A stretch of 64,000 bases of DNA from positions 1,054 through 65,053 of the forward strand of contig DYFM01000007.1 in assembly GCA_020725175.1 (NCBI GenBank). The letters run 5' to 3'. How positions within the stretch are numbered: position 1 is the stretch's first letter; each line of letters begins with the position of its first letter. This document shows positions 28,360 to 38,998 of this stretch, piece by piece. The stretch comes from Candidatus Paceibacter sp. (GTDB lineage Bacteria > Patescibacteriota > Patescibacteriia > Magasanikbacterales > UBA922). A program made the translations under genes and the position numbers. The notes beneath the pieces were generated by a model, which saw only the letters and a program-made list of their open reading frames with translations, did no database searches and was not told the origin of the DNA.

Positions 28360-28902
28360 ATGAATAAAGTAACTGATGTCATTACGTTCGGTGGTGGTTG
28401 TTTCTGGTGTACAGAGGCGGCTTTTTCTCGTATACGCGGAGTTGTGTCGGTTGTTCCTGGGTACGCTGGAGGAGATACGCCAGATCCGACATATGAGCAA
28501 GTATGCGCCGGGACTACCGGACATGCGGAAGTGGTGCGGGTGGAATATGATCCAAATCAAATTTCACTATCAGCACTTCTTGATGTCTTCTTTACTGTTC
28601 ATGATCCAACTACACTTGATCGTCAGGGAAATGACGTGGGTCCACAGTACCGATCAATTATTCTTTATTCTTCTGAAGATCAGCGACAAACAATTGAGCA
28701 ATACATTAAGAATTTAACAAAAGAACAGGTCTTTCCTCATCCAATTGTTACTGTTGTGAAGCCGTTGCAGGTATTTTATTTAGCAGAGTCGGAGCACGTG
28801 AGATATTTTGAGCGAAATCCGGAGAAATTGTATTGTCAGTTGGTTATATACCCAAAGTTACTCAAGCTCAAAGAACGGTATAAACAGTTATTGCAGGAAT
28901 AG
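28360..28902 (+). CDS. msrA: Peptide-methionine (S)-S-oxide reductase MsrA
   Basis: GGGCFWCTEAAF and GYAGG...PTYEQVCAGTTGHAEVV are MsrA signatures. Confidence 0.85.
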   Translation: MNKVTDVITFGGGCFWCTEAAFSRIRGVVSVVPGYAGGDTPDPTYEQVCAGTTGHAEVVRVEYDPNQISLSALLDVFFTVHDPTTLDRQGNDVGPQYRSIILYSSEDQRQTIEQYIKNLTKEQVFPHPIVTVVKPLQVFYLAESEHVRYFERNPEKLYCQLVIYPKLLKLKERYKQLLQE

Positions 28903-29002
28903 TTATCCACAGATAAAATAGCTTAATATAGAAGAAAAAAAGGATTTTTGCTATACTAATTGTATCAAAGGTCGACTTATTCATTTATAACGTTTTTATC
29001 GT

Positions 29003-29206
29003 ATGAAAATGAATTGGTTAAGTTGGCTCGCCTTCGTGCTCGTCGTGGTAGGCGCGCTCAACTGGGGACTCGTTGGAGTTTTCAAGTTTGACCTCGTAGC
29101 TGCTATTTTTGGCGACATGAGTGCCGTGTCTCGAGTGGTATATACCCTTGTCGGACTTGCTGCACTCTATATGTTGGCAATGGCTCCAAAAATGAACAAA
29201 GCATAA
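29003..29206 (+). CDS. DUF378 family small membrane protein
   Basis: LVVVGALNWGLVGVFKFDLVAAIFG matches the DUF378 (NWGL) signature. 67 aa. Confidence 0.6.
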   Translation: MKMNWLSWLAFVLVVVGALNWGLVGVFKFDLVAAIFGDMSAVSRVVYTLVGLAALYMLAMAPKMNKA

Positions 29207-29305
29207 ACACTGCTCAACAATTGTTTGGCAGTGTTTTTTAAGCACTGCCTAGAGAATTGTGGAGATTAATGATATATTGAGTTTCTTACATAGAGTATAG
29301 AGTTT

Positions 29306-29830
29306 ATGGATGTTTTATCGCACGGACTTTGGGGAGGTGTGAGTTTTTTTCTAAAAAGCGAAAAGCGATTTTGGTTGGCTTTTGGTTTTGGTATGGCGCC
29401 GGATATTTTTTCTTTCGGTATATTCATGGGATTGTCAATTCTCGGGCTGGTCTCCGGTCCGGATTGGTCAATGGTCCCGCCGGATATTACACTGATACCA
29501 AATTATGTACATGTTTTATATAGTATTACCCATAGCTTGTTTGTGTTTGTTTTTGCGTTTGGTTTGGTATGGTTCTGGCGAAAAAAACCACTATATGAAA
29601 TGCTAGCTTGGCCACTGCATATCTTTATGGATATCCCGACTCATTCAACGTCTTTTTTTGCAACGCCTTTTTTGTGGCCCATTTCATCTTATCGTCTGGA
29701 CGGTATTCCGTGGTCACATCCGATTATCCTTTTTGGAAATGCTTTTCTTTTGTTGACTATTTATGGTGGATTGCTTTATAGAAGAAAGAAGAAAATGATT
29801 ACCCGAAATACTAAGGATTTTGAAAGATAG
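29306..29830 (+). CDS. Hypothetical membrane protein (possibly a DUF457-like membrane-bound hydrolase)
   Basis: N-terminal MDVLSHGLWGG and several TM helices. Weak basis. Confidence 0.35.
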   Translation: MDVLSHGLWGGVSFFLKSEKRFWLAFGFGMAPDIFSFGIFMGLSILGLVSGPDWSMVPPDITLIPNYVHVLYSITHSLFVFVFAFGLVWFWRKKPLYEMLAWPLHIFMDIPTHSTSFFATPFLWPISSYRLDGIPWSHPIILFGNAFLLLTIYGGLLYRRKKKMITRNTKDFER

Positions 29831-29900
29831 ATAAACAATTCTTTTTTGCAAAAAGGTAAACGTATGTCTGAAGGGTTACTATTACCCGAAATTTATACTT

Positions 29901-30917
29901 ATGAAACGAAACACTATACAAATTTTTAGTATTTTGATTGCGATAATGGTTCTTTCTTTTTTATTTGTTCGTGGTGGATATTTTGATGAAGAAACCGGAC
30001 GATATTATCCGGTATTTGGTTTTGAAACACAGTCGCCGGAAGAGTGTTATTACGGTGAATCATATGATCCGGTAGAGCAACTATGTTATATTCGATGTTC
30101 TTCCTATGAAGAATGTGAAGCAATGGAAGCGGATATTATCAGGCGAGCTGAGGAGCTTTATGAAGCGGAACAAGGTTTATTGGAACTTGATGCTAGTGAA
30201 GAGGAGTTGACCGAGTTCGCACGCTATGTTGTTACGTCTGGTAATGTACAGCCGGTAGAAACCACTACTGATACGGCGGATCAGGTCCTTCATGATACGG
30301 AAAAACATCTTGAGCTCTGGCGTCTGTTTCAAACCTTGTTTCCAAAAGTGTACAGTAAGCAAGTTGCTGAGTTATTAATTGTGTCTGACGGGCGAGCCAA
30401 TACGTTGGCGGCTGTTGAGCCGGCTGACGAAGAAGGGGCATGGCGGCTCCTTATTGATATTGTTGACGCGTATCCGGACGGGGAGGTATTGGATCGAGAC
30501 GGGGTTATTTATTCGTTGATACACGAATTTGCGCATCTCGTAAGTCTTGATTTACAGCAAGTGGAATGGATATCTCCGGTCTGGCAAGGTCGTTATGACT
30601 GTGGTGGTCGATATGCCGCTGAAGATGTTTGTGCCAATGAACATTCGTATCTCAACACATTTTATCAGCGATTTTGGGTAAACACATTTCCGGCGTATGA
30701 TTTAGAAAATCCGGAAAGTCGCTATGCTTCGTATCCGGGTGAATTTGTTTCCGAATACGCGGCGACCAATCCGGAAGAAGATTTTGCGGAAAGTTTTACC
30801 GCCTTTGTTCTCACTGATCAACCAACCGGAGCGAGTGTAAGCGATAAAAAAATACTCTTTTTTTATGAGTATCCCGAATTAGTGCGCGTACGATTTGCGA
30901 TTTTACAACAGATATGA
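29901..30917 (+). CDS. Secreted putative zinc metallopeptidase (HExxH)
   Basis: Signal peptide and LIHEFAHLVSL (HExxH) motif. Confidence 0.45.
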   Translation: MKRNTIQIFSILIAIMVLSFLFVRGGYFDEETGRYYPVFGFETQSPEECYYGESYDPVEQLCYIRCSSYEECEAMEADIIRRAEELYEAEQGLLELDASEEELTEFARYVVTSGNVQPVETTTDTADQVLHDTEKHLELWRLFQTLFPKVYSKQVAELLIVSDGRANTLAAVEPADEEGAWRLLIDIVDAYPDGEVLDRDGVIYSLIHEFAHLVSLDLQQVEWISPVWQGRYDCGGRYAAEDVCANEHSYLNTFYQRFWVNTFPAYDLENPESRYASYPGEFVSEYAATNPEEDFAESFTAFVLTDQPTGASVSDKKILFFYEYPELVRVRFAILQQI

Positions 30918-30927
30918 TGTTTTTTGT

Positions 30928-31209
30928 TTACGCTTCCGGAGTTTTTTCTACCGCCAGAATGACATCGTTGAGAGCTGATAACGCCGCCTCATTTTCTTCC
31001 AAACCAAACTGTTGCAATCGTTCCAGTGCTTGTATTATCGCTTCCCACCTCTCTTGAAAATGTTCAGGTACGTTACGGTACAACCTCTCAGCATGTTCTT
31101 TGGCAGTCATGAGTTGACGAAAATAATCTTCATATTCTTTTTCAACAGTAAATTGATTTCTCATTTGATGGAGAACGGAAAGAATTTCTTGTTTTTCTGT
31201 GATTGCCAT
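30928..31209 (-). CDS. Hypothetical small helical protein
   Basis: 93-aa ORF with no competing ORF on the other strand. Confidence 0.35.
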   Translation of the reverse strand: MAITEKQEILSVLHQMRNQFTVEKEYEDYFRQLMTAKEHAERLYRNVPEHFQERWEAIIQALERLQQFGLEENEAALSALNDVILAVEKTPEA

Positions 31210-31384
31210 AAGACATATAACTCATTATTGTAAAGAATAGTTTCACGTAAAATGCTTAGTAAACAAGCCGGATAGATAACAGTATGGATTCATAAGGTAG
31301 TCAAAAAAGAGGTATCTATCCGACTTCGTATTTACATAATATGGTCATAAACCAAATCTGAAAAATGGTAACTTGGCACATCTC

Positions 31385-31615
31385 TTAATACATCATTTTT
31401 CTTCTGTTTTGAATTTTACGATATGTGCTAATGCCGGCAAGAATCGCACCGACTCCGGCTAACAAGGAAACGGTTTTTCTTTTTTTTGCCGGATCCATTT
31501 TTGCTACTCGCTTTTTGATATCTTGCAATTGTCCTATAATTTCATCGGACATATGGGAAATTTTTTCCCGTGTTTCTTTTTTCATTGTTGGTTTGGTGGT
31601 TGTGGCCATACTCAT
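31385..31615 (-). CDS. Hypothetical small tail-anchored membrane protein
   Basis: 76 aa with a C-terminal TM segment (LLAGVGAILAGISTY). Confidence 0.3.
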   Translation of the reverse strand: MSMATTTKPTMKKETREKISHMSDEIIGQLQDIKKRVAKMDPAKKRKTVSLLAGVGAILAGISTYRKIQNRRKMMY

Positions 31616-31948
31616 AAACGTTAGATAAAGTAAAAGTGTTCTGAAAGAAAACGGGCAGGTTCCTGTTTTCTTTTAGATTGTGTTTTGTGTAAAACACGTA
31701 CGTATATGTTTAGTATAAGAATCTTTTTTTCGATTTGTCAAATAGAGGAAAACACCGTCTTTTCTTTCTCATATTCATTTATTACTGAAAAAAAACTCAT
31801 TCCATGCGGAAGAGTGTTACTTTTTTGCTTGTGCTACGTATTATATATGGATACGGTTTTCCAACAGTGGTAGTTTGTATTTTTATGAATATATGCTTAT
31901 ACTAATAAGAGAAATGCCTTAGATAATTTTCGCTTTTTTCTGGTTTAT

Positions 31949-32170
31949 ATGAATGAACAGTTATTTTTATCAATATTTGAGCAGTGGTGGATTGTCTTCG
32001 TGTTGGTATTGATTTGGTCGATTATCTGGAAAGGAATGGCACTGTGGCATTCTGCTCGGCGTCAGCAGATTGGGTGGTTTATAGTATTTCTCTTAGTGAA
32101 TACAATTGGGATATTGGAAATAATGTACCTGTTCTATATAAAAATCACAAAACAAAGCAAAAAAGAATAA
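31949..32170 (+). CDS. Hypothetical small membrane protein
   Basis: 73 aa with two TM segments. Overlaps an alternative ORF at 31984-32220. Confidence 0.25.
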   Translation: MNEQLFLSIFEQWWIVFVLVLIWSIIWKGMALWHSARRQQIGWFIVFLLVNTIGILEIMYLFYIKITKQSKKE

Positions 32171-32230
32171 AGTCTAGCGTCACAAGACAGTCATTCTGTC
32201 GTTTTACTTGTATATTTTAACTTTTCTTTT

Positions 32231-33226
32231 ATGAAAAAGAACCCGCTATTTTACGTAGTATTTGCCGGGGTGCTCATATTAGTTATCCTAGGTATTTGGT
32301 TTTTTACTCGAAATACTGACGATTCAAACGGAACCACCGTATCTTCCTTTGAGGAGTGTGTCGCAGCCGGGTATTCAGTAATGGAATCATATCCTCGACA
32401 GTGTCGTACTCCGGATGGACGGTTATTTACCGAAGAGATTGATGTTCCTACCACCACTCCGAATGGTGACATACCAGATGGAGATGGGGCTGTACAGGCT
32501 CCGATTAGTATTTCCAAGCCTTCTTCCGGGAGTACTATCTCATCACCACTTTCGGTAAGTGGAGAAGCACGCGGCACCTGGTACTTTGAAGGATCATTTC
32601 CGGTTCGGGTGGTAGATGCCAACGGTACGGAGCTTGGGGTTGCTCCGGTTCAAGCCGAAGGAGAATGGATGACCGAAGCATTTGTGCCATTTTCTGGTAC
32701 GATTACTTTTTCCACGCCAACCACAAAAAACGGCTTTGTTGTGTTTGAAAAAGATAATCCGTCCGGATTACCAAGTCAGGGTGCGGAAGTGCGAGTGCCA
32801 GTAACCTTTGCAGTGGTTTCTGAGGAAAAGAAACCGATAAATGTGCAAGTGTATTTTTATAATTCAACCCTTCTTAATGATCAGCAAGATGAATGTACGA
32901 CTGTGTTTGCTGTTACAAGAACCATCCCATATACTCAGGCCGTTGCGCGAGCGGCATTGGAAGAGCTTCTCAAAGATGCGACACCGGAAGAGCGGAGTCA
33001 GGGATATGGATCAGCTATCAATACCGGAGTCAAGATTCAGAAGTTGACGATTGAAAATGGTACTGCGTATGTTGATTTCAATGAACGTATTCAGGAGCAG
33101 GTGGGAGGGTCATGTAAGGTATCCTTGATACGTCGACAAATCACAGAAACATTAAACCAGTTTCCAACTGTTGATGAGGTGGTGATTTCGGTAAATGGAA
33201 ATGTGGAAGAGGCCTTGCAACCATAA
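32231..33226 (+). CDS. GerMN domain protein (membrane-anchored)
   Basis: N-terminal TM helix. The C-terminal block TVFAVTRTIPYTQAVARAALEELLKD...VDEVVISVNGNVEE fits the GerMN domain pattern. Confidence 0.6.
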   Translation: MKKNPLFYVVFAGVLILVILGIWFFTRNTDDSNGTTVSSFEECVAAGYSVMESYPRQCRTPDGRLFTEEIDVPTTTPNGDIPDGDGAVQAPISISKPSSGSTISSPLSVSGEARGTWYFEGSFPVRVVDANGTELGVAPVQAEGEWMTEAFVPFSGTITFSTPTTKNGFVVFEKDNPSGLPSQGAEVRVPVTFAVVSEEKKPINVQVYFYNSTLLNDQQDECTTVFAVTRTIPYTQAVARAALEELLKDATPEERSQGYGSAINTGVKIQKLTIENGTAYVDFNERIQEQVGGSCKVSLIRRQITETLNQFPTVDEVVISVNGNVEEALQP

Positions 33227-33240
33227 TATTTTGAAGTGCT

Positions 33241-34164
33241 ATGTTTAAACTCATGAAATCGATTCTGTTTGTATTGATAATAGGAATAGTGGTTATTTTT
33301 TCGCATGAGTTTTTTACAACTGATCCGGAGAAAGAAAACACTCAGTCCGTGGCCTCAAATTTTGCGGTAGGAAGTATTTCCGAAAGTATCAAAGAATTGT
33401 TTCAAAAGGATATCGCTGAAAAAATACATCAAAATATTGTTCAGGTCGAACCTTTGAAACGGTTTTTGGACGATCAATCTTCCTCGTCGGGTGAATTGAC
33501 TATTGCCGGAACGGTGCAAGCAACCAATGCGGAACGGGTAAAGAGTGGGCTTTCACCGCTTGTCTACAACGCAAAACTAGAAGCTGCTGCTCAGGCTAAA
33601 GTCAATGACATGTTTACGCGACAATATTTTGCTCATGATGCGCCTACCGGGGAAGGACCGTCGGACTTGGCGACAGATGCCGGGTATGCATTTGTGATCG
33701 TGGGAGAAAATTTGGCCCTCGGGCATTTTGTGGACGATGTGGACTTGGTCACTGCTTGGATGAATAGTCCCGGACATCGGGAAAATATTATGAGTACATC
33801 ATATACCGAAATAGGTGTGGCGGTAGGAAAAGGAATGTACGAAGGGCAAGAAGTGTGGTTGGCAGTTCAAGAATTTGGCACACCATTATCTGCCTGTAAC
33901 GCGCCGGAAGATGGTACAAAAGCAGCACTTGATACGCAAAAAAAACAGCTAGACAACATGGATGCAGAATTGTCGAAGTTGAAAGCTGAAATTGAAGAAC
34001 AAAAAAACGCGTTGCCACCGGAAGAATACAATAAAAAAGTGAATATCTATAATGCAAAAGTGGCGGAGTACAATATTCTTCTTGAACGGTCAAAAAAAGC
34101 TATGGCGGCGTATAATGTTGAGGTGACGGCGTTTAATGAGTGTGTGGGAAAGTATACGAAATAA
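33241..34164 (+). CDS. CAP/SCP (cysteine-rich secretory protein, YkwD-like) domain protein with a C-terminal coiled coil
   Basis: NAERVKSGLSPL...AQAKVNDM...YFAHD...GENLA...WMNSPGHRENIM...YTEIGVAV matches CAP domain motifs. Confidence 0.7.
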   Translation: MFKLMKSILFVLIIGIVVIFSHEFFTTDPEKENTQSVASNFAVGSISESIKELFQKDIAEKIHQNIVQVEPLKRFLDDQSSSSGELTIAGTVQATNAERVKSGLSPLVYNAKLEAAAQAKVNDMFTRQYFAHDAPTGEGPSDLATDAGYAFVIVGENLALGHFVDDVDLVTAWMNSPGHRENIMSTSYTEIGVAVGKGMYEGQEVWLAVQEFGTPLSACNAPEDGTKAALDTQKKQLDNMDAELSKLKAEIEEQKNALPPEEYNKKVNIYNAKVAEYNILLERSKKAMAAYNVEVTAFNECVGKYTK

Positions 34165-34344
34165 AGGCTTCCAAGGCACTTGAGGCTTACGACGCTTACA
34201 AGGCTTTGCGTGTGATAGTTAAGTGATGAGTAACAGTTCGTCATGAGAGAAAACAAAATTTTTGTTATTGGAGAGTTTATATGTTTCATTTCTTAGAACG
34301 GGGCGGCAAGGTCAGGGGAGTTCCCTTGCCGTTCTCCTTGACGA

Positions 34345-34563
34345 TTATTTCTCTCCCACCTCCTTCTTTGACCACTCCGCTTGTGTTGACGAGAACTTGA
34401 TCGGATCACTAAAGCGAACCGTGCATGAGGGACACTCGAAGTAGTCCCAGAACATGTCACTGTCTTGTCCAATTGCAGACGGGCTGGGCTCACCTTTCAC
34501 AGTGTCTTTGTGTTGACAGTAACGGCAGGTGAACCCAGGCAGTTTTATTTTATCGTACCACAT
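34345..34563 (-). CDS. Small zinc-ribbon protein
   Basis: CRYC...CPSC pairs. 72 aa. Hairpin immediately downstream on the minus strand. Confidence 0.35.
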   Translation of the reverse strand: MWYDKIKLPGFTCRYCQHKDTVKGEPSPSAIGQDSDMFWDYFECPSCTVRFSDPIKFSSTQAEWSKKEVGEK

Positions 34564-34775
34564 TGTAGACCTCTTATTTCCCCTGCCTAAAAAATGAAAA
34601 CAGTAGAGAGTCTAGCAAAGAGAGAGATTGCAAGGTCCAATGTGGATACTTAAAAAATTGTTCTTAATAGTGCCATGTGCTATAGTGTAAACAAACTTTC
34701 TAGTTCATATGTTCGTATTGCCTTCGGAGGTTTGTACGTATAGAACATGCTTGTGTCTCTAACTGTCGTATCACT

Positions 34776-35654
34776 ATGCCAAAAGATAAATATTCTGCCG
34801 TCTGGGTATCACACACGTCAATTAGCGATTTTTTGAAGTGTCCTCGTGGCTATTATTTGAAAAATGTTTATAAAGATCCCAAAACCAATCACAAGATAAA
34901 ATTGATGAGTCCGCCGTTGGCTCTGGGGCAAAGTGTTCATGAGGTTTTGGAATCATTATCCAAGCTGAGAAAAGAAGAACGTTTTTCCGAACCGCTGCCA
35001 GTGAAATTTGATCGGGCGTGGGAGAAGGTGAGTGGGAAAAAGGGTGGTTTTTTTGATACTGACTCTGAATATCGCTATAAACAGCGTGGGCTAGAAATGT
35101 TGAAGCGTGTCTGGAATAATCCCGGACCGATTAAACGTTCGGCCGTCAAGATTCAACAAGATTTGCCATACTATTGGATTTCAGAGGAAGAAAATATTAT
35201 CTTGTGTGGAAAAGTGGATTGGTTGGAATATTTGGAAGCAACGGATAGTATTCATATTATTGACTTTAAAACCGGGAAAAATGAAGAGGAAGAAGGGTCG
35301 CTTCAGTTGCCAATTTATCATTTATTAGTTGCCAATACTCAGAAACGCCAAGTAACAAAGGCAAGTTATTGGTATCTCGATCATGATGATGAATTGACAG
35401 AAAAAACTCTTCCGTCACTCGAAGAAGCGCATGATCGAGTACTGGCGGTGGCTCAGCAAATGAAGTTGGCACGTCAGCTGGGTCGTTTTAAGTGTCCGGA
35501 GGGTGAACGAGGGTGTTTTCACTGTCTTCCGATGGAGGATGTTGTCAATGGAAAAGCGGAATTTGTTGGTCTTGATGATTATTCGGCCGATGTATATATT
35601 ATGGATCGGACGAAATTGGTTGAAGAAGAAATGGCGGATAGTATCATTTTGTAG
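34776..35654 (+). CDS. PD-(D/E)xK nuclease, RecB/Cas4-like, with a C-terminal cysteine cluster
   Basis: IIDFKTGK, QLPIYHLL and CPEGERGCFHC, as in the PDDEXK_1/Cas4 family. Confidence 0.55.
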   Translation: MPKDKYSAVWVSHTSISDFLKCPRGYYLKNVYKDPKTNHKIKLMSPPLALGQSVHEVLESLSKLRKEERFSEPLPVKFDRAWEKVSGKKGGFFDTDSEYRYKQRGLEMLKRVWNNPGPIKRSAVKIQQDLPYYWISEEENIILCGKVDWLEYLEATDSIHIIDFKTGKNEEEEGSLQLPIYHLLVANTQKRQVTKASYWYLDHDDELTEKTLPSLEEAHDRVLAVAQQMKLARQLGRFKCPEGERGCFHCLPMEDVVNGKAEFVGLDDYSADVYIMDRTKLVEEEMADSIIL

Positions 35655-35888
35655 TTCTTATGCACGCGAGGTGAAATCAGAGGGTAGAATGGTAAGTTTG
35701 TTACATACTACAAAAAACATTCATTTTTGAAATATTGATTGGTATATTATTGTAGATGGTGATCCATACAATAAAATACTCTTAGCCAAAATTTTTTCTC
35801 AATGTATAGAAAGTACGGTATGACTGTACTTTTTTATTTCTTGTGGCATACTACAAAGGAAGTTAGAACTTTTTAAACGAAACAGCCT

Positions 35889-36800
35889 ATGCGATCAACA
35901 CTGAAAGTATTTTCTGTTGGGGCCGTACTGGGAATACTGGCGGCAGTTACTATTTATTATGTTGTAGAACCAAAACCAGAGGTTCCGCCAACTGAAGAAG
36001 AACGTGCTCCGGCAGTACTCCCGGAAACTGACGCGGTGCCAACGAGTTCGCCGGTTACGGATTCTTCTCCCCAGCCACCAATAATGGTGCCAACAACAAG
36101 TCAACAGGTACTGCCAGATTCTGAGGAAAAAGATACGCCAACACCACCATTAGTACGGGAATCAGAGCCTCCCACTACAACGCCGATTAAAAAAACTCCC
36201 CAACAAACCACTTCCTTGGTTCAGCTGGACGTGCCATTTCTTTCGCAAGCACCATTTCGAGAATGGAAAGACCCACGACAACAGGATGGATGCGAAGAAG
36301 CTTCCGTGATCATGGTCATGGCGTGGGTAAACGGTGAGTCTGAAATATCAAAGGAAGCTGGGAAACAGAAAATTTTAGCAATTTCGCACTATACTGAAGA
36401 CACGTATGGTGAATATCGTGATACATCGATCAAAGATACGTTTGAATGGATATTGAGAGACTTCTATGCATATTCCGGTGAAGCGCACGTACTGGAAAAC
36501 GTTACCGCGGCAGATATCAAAGCAGAGCTATATGAGGGAAATCCGGTTATTATTCCGGCCAATGGGCAAACACTTAATAACCCCTATTTTACCCCACCCG
36601 GACCGGTAGTACATATGTTGGTTATTATCGGCTACGATCCAAAAACAGATGAGTTTATTACCAATGACCCGGGAATAGGTCGAGGAGCTGGATATCGCTA
36701 TCCGGTACAGACCATCATGAATTCCATTCGTGACTATGAGACCGGATATCATGTGCCAATTGATCATGTGGAGAAACGGGCGATAGTGGTGCGGAAGTAA
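35889..36800 (+). CDS. Secreted C39-like (papain-fold) peptidase domain protein with a Pro/Thr-rich linker
   Basis: N-terminal TM/signal, PT-rich low-complexity linker, and a C-terminal domain with a candidate catalytic Cys (DGCEEAS) and a downstream His. Confidence 0.4.
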   Translation: MRSTLKVFSVGAVLGILAAVTIYYVVEPKPEVPPTEEERAPAVLPETDAVPTSSPVTDSSPQPPIMVPTTSQQVLPDSEEKDTPTPPLVRESEPPTTTPIKKTPQQTTSLVQLDVPFLSQAPFREWKDPRQQDGCEEASVIMVMAWVNGESEISKEAGKQKILAISHYTEDTYGEYRDTSIKDTFEWILRDFYAYSGEAHVLENVTAADIKAELYEGNPVIIPANGQTLNNPYFTPPGPVVHMLVIIGYDPKTDEFITNDPGIGRGAGYRYPVQTIMNSIRDYETGYHVPIDHVEKRAIVVRK

Positions 36801-36890
36801 TATTGTTTTCATCAGCGGAAGAAACGGAAAACAAGCGGAGTAAAACGAAAAATATTTTCGTTACTTTCTGCTTGGTTTTCGTTTCCTCCG

Positions 36891-37457
36891 TTGACTCAAA
36901 AAAATACCATGTCTCCTCATCTCCCTTTCTCTTTTACGCTTAAAAAACACCCGCGCGCCAAACGACTTCGTATCGCTGTTTCTCGCGCGGGAAAAGTAAC
37001 GGTTACCATGCCGCGCCGAGTTTCAGAAAAAACGGCGTTGGCTTTTTTGGCGAAATCAAAACCATGGGTGGAGCAACAGTTGAAACGGATAGAAGAGCAA
37101 AAAAGCATATTACCAAAAATTCCCACTGGACATCGTTACGAGATGTACAAAGCTCGCGCAAAGAGACGGATTATGGAGCGAGTGCGAGTAATCAATCTTC
37201 AGTATCGGTTTACTTACCATAAGGTAACGATAAAAAATACTTCCACCCGATGGGGAAGTTGTTCGACAAAAGGAAATTTGAATTTCGCGTATCAGCTGTA
37301 TTTTCTACCGGAACATCTCATTGATTATGTGGTGGCACATGAACTGTGTCATTTGAAAGAAATGAATCACTCGACACGGTTTTGGAAATTGGTAGCGGAA
37401 GTTGTTCCGGATTATAAAGTGCGACGAGCCGAGATAAAAAAATATCATTTGTTGTAG
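36891..37457 (+). CDS. YgjP-like (DUF45 / M48-family) metal-dependent hydrolase
   Basis: VVAHELCHLKEMNHSTRFW is the WLM/DUF45 HExxH...H motif. 188 aa. Confidence 0.7.
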   Translation: MTQKNTMSPHLPFSFTLKKHPRAKRLRIAVSRAGKVTVTMPRRVSEKTALAFLAKSKPWVEQQLKRIEEQKSILPKIPTGHRYEMYKARAKRRIMERVRVINLQYRFTYHKVTIKNTSTRWGSCSTKGNLNFAYQLYFLPEHLIDYVVAHELCHLKEMNHSTRFWKLVAEVVPDYKVRRAEIKKYHLL

Positions 37458-37551
37458 CGTTGGGTCAGCAGAGTGAGCGGAATCCAGGTGGAAAACATTT
37501 CCGTTCAATTCTGCTTCATCTTTGTTTGTTCCGCTGAGTCAACCGATATTG

Positions 37552-37992
37552 TTATTTCATCTGAACTTCCTCCAATTCTCCGGTCAACGGCACATAAAAA
37601 AACCGAATTCTTCGTCCCGGGTAAGCTGCGGTTAAATGTTTCTTCAGTATTGGAAAGTACTCTTGGTGCTTCAGTTCATCATCAGCTCGATCAAGTCCTT
37701 TTGGAATCGTATTGTCAATTGTATACCCGTCACAATCTTGATGATCAACAAAAATGATCTCATGAGGATTATGGAGACGAATGGATAGTTCGAGTTGTTC
37801 TCCGGCGACAATTCCATCTTCTCGTTTTGCCGGACATACAAAATCTCTGGTCCCACCGGCGAGAGAAATGATATCGGAAAGATCGAGATAGTGATGTTTT
37901 TCAAGATAGGTATAAATTTTTTTTTGAAATCGAAAATCAACACACGTAATCACGCACGCCCGAGCTTTGACTTTTTTTGATACAGTATACAT
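37552..37992 (-). CDS. Hypothetical protein with a possible beta-carbonic-anhydrase-like C..D.R / H..C motif pair
   Basis: CVDFRF and VDHQDCDG resemble beta-CA zinc ligand motifs. Weak. Confidence 0.3.
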   Translation of the reverse strand: MYTVSKKVKARACVITCVDFRFQKKIYTYLEKHHYLDLSDIISLAGGTRDFVCPAKREDGIVAGEQLELSIRLHNPHEIIFVDHQDCDGYTIDNTIPKGLDRADDELKHQEYFPILKKHLTAAYPGRRIRFFYVPLTGELEEVQMK

Positions 37993-38101
37993 ATAACAAG
38001 AGTGTCAAGTATAGCAAAATACAAACAAAAATACTACTTGTATCGGTATTCTTGCTTTGTAGGCAATTTGTCAATTGACGAATTATCTATTGGTAGGTAT
38101 T

Positions 38102-38998
38102 ATGATGGTGTTTATGAAAAAAACTGAGTTTTTTCAACATATAACACAAGTGCGTCGATCTGTTTTGAACTGGTACCGGAAGAACCGGCGAGATTTACCA
38201 TGGCGACACACTCGTGATCCGTATTGTGTTTTAGTCAGTGAAATCATGCTGCAGCAGACGCAGGTGAGTCGGGTACTGATTAAATACCAAGAATTCTTGA
38301 CTACTTTTCCATCGGTACAAGATTTAGCGGACGCAAAACCCTCAGAAGTTATCAAAGTTTGGGCCGGTTTGGGGTACAATCGACGGGCACTGTATCTACA
38401 GAAAACAGCCAAAGCGGTTGTTGCAACATATCATGGTATGTTTCCCTCTGATCTACAGCAACTCAAACAGTTGCCGGGTATTGGAGACTATACTGCTCGA
38501 GCGATTCTTTCGTTCGCGTTTGGTAAATCACTTCCGATGATGGATACCAATCATCGTCGGTTTTATCAGCGAGTACTATTTGGCATGAATAGCAAAAAAG
38601 ATGCGGAACTTCTATTGGCGGCTGAACACGTGTTGCCAAGGAAACGGGCGTATGATTGGAATCAGGCACTTATGGATTTTGGGTCGTTGGTGTGTTTGAC
38701 TGGAGAACCACGGTGTGAGGACTGTCCGCTGCAACGATATTGTAAGGCATATCCAAGCGTGTTAAAAATCAAAAAAACCAAAAAACCGCATACCAAAAAA
38801 TCAATTCCTTTTCGCGAAACAGATCGATACATACGAGGAAGAATAATTGAACAATTGCGACAAGTGGATGTGTGTAGCTTGCTTGATTTGTTACAAATAT
38901 TTCAGGAGTTTAATGATGTACGGGTACGTCGGATCATTGAAGATTTGGCTCGAGAAGAGTTACTCGTAAAACGTGGAAATAGGATACAATTACCATGA
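38102..38998 (+). CDS. mutY: A/G-specific adenine DNA glycosylase (MutY-like HhH-GPD/[4Fe-4S] glycosylase, lacking a NUDIX-type C-terminal domain)
   Basis: WRHTRDPYCVLVSEIMLQQTQV, LPGIGDYTARAILSFAFG and the Fe-S cluster CLTGEPRCEDCPLQRYC. Confidence 0.75.
   Translation: MMVFMKKTEFFQHITQVRRSVLNWYRKNRRDLPWRHTRDPYCVLVSEIMLQQTQVSRVLIKYQEFLTTFPSVQDLADAKPSEVIKVWAGLGYNRRALYLQKTAKAVVATYHGMFPSDLQQLKQLPGIGDYTARAILSFAFGKSLPMMDTNHRRFYQRVLFGMNSKKDAELLLAAEHVLPRKRAYDWNQALMDFGSLVCLTGEPRCEDCPLQRYCKAYPSVLKIKKTKKPHTKKSIPFRETDRYIRGRIIEQLRQVDVCSLLDLLQIFQEFNDVRVRRIIEDLAREELLVKRGNRIQLP

Noticed and set aside
35812-35845. Possible terminator hairpin AAAGTAC-loop-GTACTTT followed by TTTTTT after the PD-(D/E)xK gene
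   Set aside because: The stem is only 7 bp with 2 GC pairs and lies 160 bp from the stop. It is too weak to call.
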